Source of the DNA: Candidatus Poribacteria bacterium
GTDB lineage: Bacteria; Poribacteria; WGA-4E; WGA-3G
Length of the DNA stretch: 64,000 nt
NCBI GenBank assembly: GCA_965197475.1
Contig: CBDANF010000003.1
Location: 2,048,001-2,112,000, forward strand
Direction: 5' to 3'
Shown: piece by piece, positions 57,547-64,000 of the stretch
Layout: the number at the start of each line of letters is the position of its first letter
Numbering within the stretch: position 1 is the first letter of the stretch
Made by a program: the position numbers and the translations under genes
Notes under the pieces: model-generated
Told to the model about the DNA's origin: nothing
What the model saw: only the letters and a program-made list of their open reading frames with translations
Databases searched by the model: none

Positions 57547-60420
57547 TCATATCCGTTTCAACTTTAGCAATTTGTTAGTTGTTTCAATCAGATTTTTTGT
57601 CCCAACTGTTGGGCTTAATGTTTTATAGAGCATACTGCGTAACTCTTTTGCTTGGTGTTTGTCCCACTGATGGTCAGGGTATTTTTCAAAGATTTGATTG
57701 ACGGCTTGTGCTTGTTCTGGTGTAATATCTTCTCTAACATTTCTGAGGACTGTATAGATGGCAAAAGCGTTATCATCCAATTCAGTCTGGTTTTGTTCTC
57801 TTTCAGCGCGTGAAACTTCTTCAGCAAACTTCATCAACTCAGTTAATGCATCTTTTGTTCCTAACTGACGATTGTCATAGGTTTCTATAGCTGCTTCTGC
57901 GCGTTCGCCAATTGGGATCAGAAACGGTTTTGATTCCCCTTCCTTGATTACTGTTTGCCGCAGTGCTTTCCGCAAATTCATCACTTTAACCGCATCAGAT
58001 ACATCGCTCTGATCTATTTCCTTCAAAGTGGTTTCGTTCAATTCATAAATATCATCGGGTAATTCTAATATATTGCCTTCCGTATGCGCTTGCAACAGTT
58101 CCTGTGTTTTAGCGGTTAACTCTTTATCAACGGAAATATTGTCAGAATTTGCATTACGAATTAATCTATATAGCGATGCAAGAGTTTGGTAATCCTCTAA
58201 AAATGGGTGTAAGAAGGGATCAGGTGAAAGGATGTTATAGAGATTCTGTAACTGTTTGAAGAACGTGAAAAATGCTTCTCGGACATCCTTATCTGCAAAA
58301 TGTTCAATCGCGCGTTCTATTGCTTTATCGTCCGTTCCTTCGGCAAAGGGTAAATATTGTTGTGCGTCTTCACGCATCATCTCTGCAAATCTATCTTTCA
58401 GTTCATCAATGTTTTGAATTACGCTTTCCACTTCGTCAGAATCAAAGACGAGTGCCTTTTTCATGTTTTCAAAGATACCGACAAAATCAAATACAAACCC
58501 CGCGGGTTTTAGCAATCCATCCTCATCTTCATAAGGTCGATTGACACGCGCAATTGCCTGTAACAACACATGGTCACGCATCGGTTTATCAAGATACATG
58601 CAGTAAAGGATCGGTGCATCAAATCCAGTCAATAATTTTTGGGTCACAATCAGTATTTTCGGTTGTTCGTTTTTGTCAATGAATTGCTTACGAATTTCTT
58701 TCTCTTGATCTGGTGTGTGGTGGAATGATTTCATCAGTTCGGAGTCGTTATTGTTGTGAGAGTAGACTACCTCCGAATATTCTGGTGATAGGTGCTTATC
58801 CAATTCTTCTTTGTAAAGGGCGCACGCCTCACGGTCTACTCCGACCAGAAACGCCTTGAATCCCATCGGCTCAATTCTTTCCTTGAAATCTTTTGCTACA
58901 AACTTAGCAATTTCTGCCACCCTATTAGGTGCTTTCATTATCGCTTTTAGATTGACAGCGCGGTCAAGGATTGCGTTCAGTTCGTCTGGGTCGCTAACGC
59001 CTTCCGCTTCTGCAAGGCTTAGAAATTCCTGATCTAATATCTCTGGATCCACCCGTAATCCAGATGGTGCAAGGGCGTAGTTTAACCTTAAAGTTGTGCC
59101 ATCTTCAATAGATTCCGCGATACCATATTTATCAAGATATCCCTGTTCATCATCTTTGCCGAATACTTTGAAAGTGCCTTCACCTTTAGAAAGGTTATCA
59201 ATCGGTGTACCAGTAAATCCGATATAGGTTGCATTCGGCACGGCAGCCATTAAGTAATTTCCAAAGTCACCACCTGTGGTTCTGTGTGCTTCGTCAATTA
59301 AGACAATTACGCTCTCGCGGGTATTGAGATCTGCTGGTCTCTTGTCGAATTTATGAATCATGGACACAATCAAACCGCGATAATCGGATGCTAAAGCATC
59401 TTCCAAGTCATTCTTGCTCTCTGCTACTCTGGAGGTTGAAAAACCGTAAGCGGTGAGATTTTTAAAGAGTTGGCTTTCTAATTCATTGCGGTCAACAATC
59501 ATTAGCACGGTAGGCTTTTCAGACTGCTTTCCACCGCGCAGGAGTCGTGATGCAATTGAAATCATAGTGAGAGTCTTACCGCTGCCCTGTGTATGCCAAA
59601 CAAGCCCGCGCCGTTTGTTCTGATCGTTAACCCGATCAATCACTTTTTCTATTGCGCGCGTTTGGTGTTGACGCAACACAACTTTAGAAAGTTGGTTATC
59701 TCTACTCTGAAAAATAATAGACCGCTGCAATTCATAAAGTATACGTTCGCGCTGGAAAAAAGTCTTTACCTTCTGTTCATAGTTTGCAGACTCATCTGTT
59801 TTCCAATCGAAGATATTTTTGCGGTTGGTGTTCCACGTCACGCTATAGAGGAGGTTTTTTAGGTCCGTGACACCAAATAGTTGCGCAGTGGTAAACATCT
59901 CAGGTGTTTCGCGATGGTAGCGGCGAATTTGATCCACCCCTTGGGCTAATCCATCCCGTTTCTTTGCGGATTTTGTTTCTACTACTGCAATCGGTATTCC
60001 GTTAATGAGAAATACAACATCAGCGCGATTGGTGTGGACAACACCTTGTTGCACCCATTCATCGGTAACATGAAACAGGTTATTGTCGGGGTTCTCAAAA
60101 TCTATCAGGGTAACGTTGCGTTGGCGGTTTTCACTGTGAACAAAAGTTGACTCTCTACCGTGCATCCATGAAAGTGCGTCCTGATTTCCCTCAAGTGTGG
60201 ATTTAAGCAAATCAAGCAGCCGCATAACATCATCGCAGTTGGAGTCGTCTACGACATCCTTGTTAAGTTTTAAGAGTTGCGCTTTTAGCACATCCGTAAA
60301 ATAGCGCGCGGAGGTATTGCCGCCCCGCATACGTCTTGCATCTGATGGCGAAATATATTGCCAACCGATTTCATTGGCGTATTTGAGTAGTGGGTCTTGG
60401 ACTGCGGAACGTTCAGACAT
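57547..60420 (-). CDS. hsdR: type I restriction endonuclease subunit R
   Basis: RADVVFLINGIPIAVVETK, HTQGSGKT, DEAHR, FTGTP, LLTGFD and QAIARVNR motifs. Confidence 0.96.
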   Translation of the reverse strand: MSERSAVQDPLLKYANEIGWQYISPSDARRMRGGNTSARYFTDVLKAQLLKLNKDVVDDSNCDDVMRLLDLLKSTLEGNQDALSWMHGRESTFVHSENRQRNVTLIDFENPDNNLFHVTDEWVQQGVVHTNRADVVFLINGIPIAVVETKSAKKRDGLAQGVDQIRRYHRETPEMFTTAQLFGVTDLKNLLYSVTWNTNRKNIFDWKTDESANYEQKVKTFFQRERILYELQRSIIFQSRDNQLSKVVLRQHQTRAIEKVIDRVNDQNKRRGLVWHTQGSGKTLTMISIASRLLRGGKQSEKPTVLMIVDRNELESQLFKNLTAYGFSTSRVAESKNDLEDALASDYRGLIVSMIHKFDKRPADLNTRESVIVLIDEAHRTTGGDFGNYLMAAVPNATYIGFTGTPIDNLSKGEGTFKVFGKDDEQGYLDKYGIAESIEDGTTLRLNYALAPSGLRVDPEILDQEFLSLAEAEGVSDPDELNAILDRAVNLKAIMKAPNRVAEIAKFVAKDFKERIEPMGFKAFLVGVDREACALYKEELDKHLSPEYSEVVYSHNNNDSELMKSFHHTPDQEKEIRKQFIDKNEQPKILIVTQKLLTGFDAPILYCMYLDKPMRDHVLLQAIARVNRPYEDEDGLLKPAGFVFDFVGIFENMKKALVFDSDEVESVIQNIDELKDRFAEMMREDAQQYLPFAEGTDDKAIERAIEHFADKDVREAFFTFFKQLQNLYNILSPDPFLHPFLEDYQTLASLYRLIRNANSDNISVDKELTAKTQELLQAHTEGNILELPDDIYELNETTLKEIDQSDVSDAVKVMNLRKALRQTVIKEGESKPFLIPIGERAEAAIETYDNRQLGTKDALTELMKFAEEVSRAEREQNQTELDDNAFAIYTVLRNVREDITPEQAQAVNQIFEKYPDHQWDKHQAKELRSMLYKTLSPTVGTKNLIETTNKLLKLKRI

Positions 60421-60470
60421 AACTGTCTCCGAATTGAGAGATTAACTAAATAAAAATATGCAACGTAACT

Positions 60471-60728
60471 TTATTCTTCCTCTTCTGCCTCAGAAACGCG
60501 ATGGGAACGAATTTCTTGAATATGTTTTACACCTTCAGATATATCAAGTACTGCAATTAACACATGCCATAAACCGATGATAGTTACTCCATGGTGACTC
60601 CTTAGATTCAATGCTTTGATATCTTCTAAAAAAGGTGGCAAAACTTCAATCAAACCTGTGATAACGAGAAAAACGCCAAAGAAAAAATTCAGAATTGCAA
60701 CAATTATTTTCCATTTTTTATTCTTCAT
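60471..60728 (-). CDS. small two-TM hypothetical protein inserted between hsdS and hsdR
   Basis: Two hydrophobic segments separated by RSHHG; overlaps the hsdS stop. Confidence 0.6.
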   Translation of the reverse strand: MKNKKWKIIVAILNFFFGVFLVITGLIEVLPPFLEDIKALNLRSHHGVTIIGLWHVLIAVLDISEGVKHIQEIRSHRVSEAEEEE

Positions 60729-61920
60729 GTGAAATTTTATCATTTTTGTAAGAACCACCTTGTGAATTTAGTAATCCCACATCAATCAACGGCACAGCAG
60801 ACCTTTGCCCTGTCATCAGTTCATCAAGCATGGCGTGAAAGAGTTCATCTATCAGTTCAACTTCTCGTTCAAGAGCTGCTATTTTTTCGTCACAACTGAC
60901 CAACACCAAAGCAATCTTGTCTGTTTCCTCTTTGCTGGGTCTTGGTACCGGAATATTTAATAGCGATGCTTTATTCAATTTTGGTCTCGTTGCTCCACTC
61001 AAATACGGAGCTAAATCAATTGAATTAAAATAATATTCCAAGAAAAATTGTTTAATATCATTAACTCTTAAGACATGGGCGTGATTATTAACCCACGATT
61101 TACCCTCTATTGAATAAGCAATTGGTAGTTTTCTTGAAACAAGATTTTCTCCATCTTCAGCAATAAGCAGTAACGGTTCATCAAACAAATAATCATCTAT
61201 CCAGTCGATTTGACCGCTTGCCCCGTAATATGGCACTTCTCCTTTTCGTTCATTCCTGTCACTCTGTTTTATAGGAACACGCTTTGAATCTAAGCATTCA
61301 CATAATTTTTCGAGTTTTACAACTTTCCAATTCTCAGGAATCTCGCCAATTTCTGTCTGTTTGTGGGGTTCACCTTTTGTGCCGTGAGAAAAGAGAAAAT
61401 CCATCAATGCCGCTTTGCGTTCCCGTTCTAATGCAATTTCGCGTTGCCGGGTGAACTTTGCTTCTTGGATTGTGTGTAAGATGTGGGCGATGGCGCGTTG
61501 TTCGGGTAGTGAAGGACACACAACTGAAAATTCTTGTAAATACCTATAGTGCCGATTATATCCTTTATTGGGCACGTTAAGATTCGAAAGCGCGTAATAG
61601 AAAAAACGGGCATCAAGAATTTCATCGTTTGGGTAAAGAAGTTGTGTTCCATCAGCCCCAAGCACAAATGGGAAATCAACATATTTGAAAATACGTGTAT
61701 GATCTCCAAAAATCACAGCAGGCAAATTATCAGAGATCACAGACTCAAATGAGTCTGTCCAACCGGCAATAAATGATGCCCCTTGGTCAATTACTGGAAA
61801 TTCGCCTGATTCTTGGTAGTCTTTTTTAGGAATTGAAGGCTTCTTCTTAGATTTAACCTTTTTTAAACAATCTATAAAGGGTAGAATTTTCCAATGTTCT
61901 GGTAAATTTATTCCATCCAT
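60718..61920 (-). CDS. hsdS: type I R-M specificity subunit
   Basis: Two TRDs, LPEHW/IPENW repeats and the PSLPEQRAIA helix. Confidence 0.93.
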   Translation of the reverse strand: MDGINLPEHWKILPFIDCLKKVKSKKKPSIPKKDYQESGEFPVIDQGASFIAGWTDSFESVISDNLPAVIFGDHTRIFKYVDFPFVLGADGTQLLYPNDEILDARFFYYALSNLNVPNKGYNRHYRYLQEFSVVCPSLPEQRAIAHILHTIQEAKFTRQREIALERERKAALMDFLFSHGTKGEPHKQTEIGEIPENWKVVKLEKLCECLDSKRVPIKQSDRNERKGEVPYYGASGQIDWIDDYLFDEPLLLIAEDGENLVSRKLPIAYSIEGKSWVNNHAHVLRVNDIKQFFLEYYFNSIDLAPYLSGATRPKLNKASLLNIPVPRPSKEETDKIALVLVSCDEKIAALEREVELIDELFHAMLDELMTGQRSAVPLIDVGLLNSQGGSYKNDKISHEE

Positions 61921-61972
61921 AACAACTTTTCCTCAAGTTAATTGAGAGATCATACCTGAACGATGTTCTTTT

Positions 61973-62710
61973 TCATCTCCTACTGCTCGGTTTTCCAGGT
62001 CCGCTTCTCGTGGATCCTGTCGGTGTTCCTCGGGTTTGACCTCTTGATTCTGACTGACTTTGTCCTCTCTGGCTTTTTGGAGTACTTGGAGGTGCTGTCC
62101 GATTTGCATGTGAACGGACTATCCGCCTTGCATGTGAACGGACCATTCGATTTGAATAACCTTCTACAGAGCTACTTTGCTTGTCAGAAACAGTGGATTG
62201 ATCCTCCGCATACGGTCCCGAATCAAAAGCTCTATGTACTACCTCAAAGGTATAAAGTGGTTTGCCATTAGTAGTCAATTCCTGAAGTTGAGTTTGGATA
62301 ATTTTTCGATCTATCAAACCTGGGTCTAATATGGCAAGGTCAAAATCAGGACGCACGATATGTAGACCCATTCCATATTTATCAGCAACACCCTTTACTC
62401 CATCATCAAACCCAGTGTTGGTAATCAATATGGCTTTATTAGCATTATTTATGTCATTCCTAACAAACTGTAATTCTTTTGCTCTCCCTATTTGCACATT
62501 ATCTGATCCGCGCCACTTTGCATCGGCAATATTTAAATATAGTGCAACTTCATTTCCATCTTCCCAATAAAGGTCAATCTGATTCTCATATTTCACTAAA
62601 CCAGGGTGAGTTGGACTTGGAATCCTGACAGATTTTACTTCCTCAATGGAAGTTTCAAATTTATCAGCTATAAACAACCGACATAATTCTTCATACTGTA
62701 TGTAATGCAT
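61973..62710 (-). CDS. Mrr_cat-like PD-(D/E)xK nuclease with a disordered S/R/G-rich tail
   Basis: YEEL...QIDLYW...ADAKW...AILITNTGFD pattern. Confidence 0.7.
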   Translation of the reverse strand: MHYIQYEELCRLFIADKFETSIEEVKSVRIPSPTHPGLVKYENQIDLYWEDGNEVALYLNIADAKWRGSDNVQIGRAKELQFVRNDINNANKAILITNTGFDDGVKGVADKYGMGLHIVRPDFDLAILDPGLIDRKIIQTQLQELTTNGKPLYTFEVVHRAFDSGPYAEDQSTVSDKQSSSVEGYSNRMVRSHARRIVRSHANRTAPPSTPKSQRGQSQSESRGQTRGTPTGSTRSGPGKPSSRR

Positions 62711-62723
62711 TTCTAACTCCTTT

Positions 62724-64000
62724 TTATTTAATTTTTAGTTTAAGTTGTACTAATATTTCTTCCAATGTGTTATCCGCTTTTTCGCGTGCGATGCGGGCTA
62801 CTGTTAAGTCAGCCAAAATCTCATTCACCGGACGGTGTTCAACTTTATCGCCGACATCCACAAACTGGGACGGGCTCAAGTTGTAATCGGTTTTCTGTGC
62901 ATCCTCAAGTGTGATAACTTTGCTTAACTTTTCACGCGATTCCCAGGCTTCATAGACTTCAGTTGCTGCTTTGATTGCTTCATCGGTTAGGACATTTTTC
63001 GGTTTTCCCTTCTCAAAATGTTGGGATAGGTTGATAAGCAGGACCTGTTCTCTTCGTTCTTCCGTTTTGTTGCGGTTCAGTAGCAAAATTATGCCCGGCG
63101 CGGTTGTGTTGTAAAACAGATTTTCGGGAAGTAGGACTACACCTTCAATCAGGTCCTCTTCAACAAATTTTTTGCGGATATCGCGCTCCCGATTAGTCTG
63201 TTTAGCACCAGAACCGCGAGAGACTGCGCCGGTATCCAGCACAATCGCTGCGCGTCCATTATCCTTTAGAGAAGCGAGCATGTGCTGCACCCATGCCCAA
63301 TCTGCTGAGGAGCTGGGCGGGGTTCTGTCCGAGAATCGGTTCCAATTATCATTTTCGTAAAAATCATCGTCATATTCTTTCTGATTCCACATCGGGTTTG
63401 CCACCACATAGTCAAAACGTTGGAGTTTTGAATTATCAGCGGCAAAACGTGGGTTACGGAAAGTATCGCCTATCTGAATATCCGCGCTGATAAAATCGTG
63501 TAGAAAGGCGTTCATTTTTGCCATTGCGTAGGTGGTCGGAGTCAATTCTTGTCCATAGATGCGTGGTGCTTGGCTCTTTTCGTCCGGGTGCATTTCATCA
63601 AATTGCAATCGTCCTTTGATAAGCAGCCCGCCTGATCCGCACGCGGGATCGTAGATAGTGGAATAGGGTTCAGGGTTAAGGAGTTTTGCCATTAGCCATC
63701 CGACCTCTTTCGGCGTATAGAACTCGCCTGCGCTCTGTCCTTGTCCTTCAGCGAACTTGCGCAATAGATACTCGTAGGCACGTCCGAGGATATCCGGCTC
63801 CGCATCTTCAAGTCCAAGCCGATGTTGACTTATAACCTCAATCAGTTTTTCAAGGCGTTCGTCGTCAATAAGTCTTTGTCCGCTTTGGGTTTCGCTGAAA
63901 TCTTCTACGTCAAGCACGCCCTGTAAACGTGGGTTTAGACGTGCAACCTCGCGCATTGCACCGGTAACAAACTGTCCCAACCGACCATCCGCGGGCTGGT
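62724..64000 (-). CDS. hsdM: type I R-M methyltransferase subunit (5' end outside the window)
   Basis: GEFYTP, YDPACGSGG, motif IV NPMW and NLFYNT. Confidence 0.95.
   Translation of the reverse strand, partial: QPADGRLGQFVTGAMREVARLNPRLQGVLDVEDFSETQSGQRLIDDERLEKLIEVISQHRLGLEDAEPDILGRAYEYLLRKFAEGQGQSAGEFYTPKEVGWLMAKLLNPEPYSTIYDPACGSGGLLIKGRLQFDEMHPDEKSQAPRIYGQELTPTTYAMAKMNAFLHDFISADIQIGDTFRNPRFAADNSKLQRFDYVVANPMWNQKEYDDDFYENDNWNRFSDRTPPSSSADWAWVQHMLASLKDNGRAAIVLDTGAVSRGSGAKQTNRERDIRKKFVEEDLIEGVVLLPENLFYNTTAPGIILLLNRNKTEERREQVLLINLSQHFEKGKPKNVLTDEAIKAATEVYEAWESREKLSKVITLEDAQKTDYNLSPSQFVDVGDKVEHRPVNEILADLTVARIAREKADNTLEEILVQLKLKIK

Noticed and set aside
1-64000. tRNA or rRNA genes and the many antisense ORFs of 60-170 aa
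   Set aside because: No tRNA or rRNA signatures were recognised by eye; the antisense ORFs overlap well-supported genes and lack motifs.

Overview
Bacterial chromosomal window, moderately AT-rich, most likely Candidatus Poribacteria. This is an inference from LamG and TolB-like secreted proteins ending in a VxPxGKxxxxWxxxK motif, a Uma2 nuclease, a sulfatase-like enzyme and abundant intergenic palindromes. It starts inside an IS5-like DDE transposase and is then mostly housekeeping: nadD-yacG-yqeK-rsfS, polX, ftsEX, topA, accD, a UbiD-family decarboxylase, polA, udk, three Hsp20 genes, aquaporin, zapA, aroE, a fused IOR, recN and nadK. It ends in a type I restriction-modification locus with inserted accessory genes. 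Main unexplained signals: (1) a 203-aa tyrosine recombinase with only the catalytic domain, preceded by a 36-bp 15-6-15 inverted repeat that abuts its promoter, in the interval where GC skew appears to flip, suggesting a candidate one-gene dif-like system at the replication terminus; (2) a two-hairpin RNA with a 13-bp loop-loop pseudoknot in the leader of a secreted-protein cassette; (3) four Fur-box-like palindromes at exactly 32-bp spacing in a 1-kb intergenic region; (4) several enzymes with altered catalytic motifs (FtsE, PolX, an AAA+ protein, a Thr-type sulfatase); (5) a sigma54-type Hsp20 triplet including a deleted paralog and an Arg-rich paralog; (6) TA-flanked MITE shells carrying GTAG-type REP hairpins. 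Five apparent single-base deletions suggest indel errors in the assembly. All calls are by eye; no searches were run.
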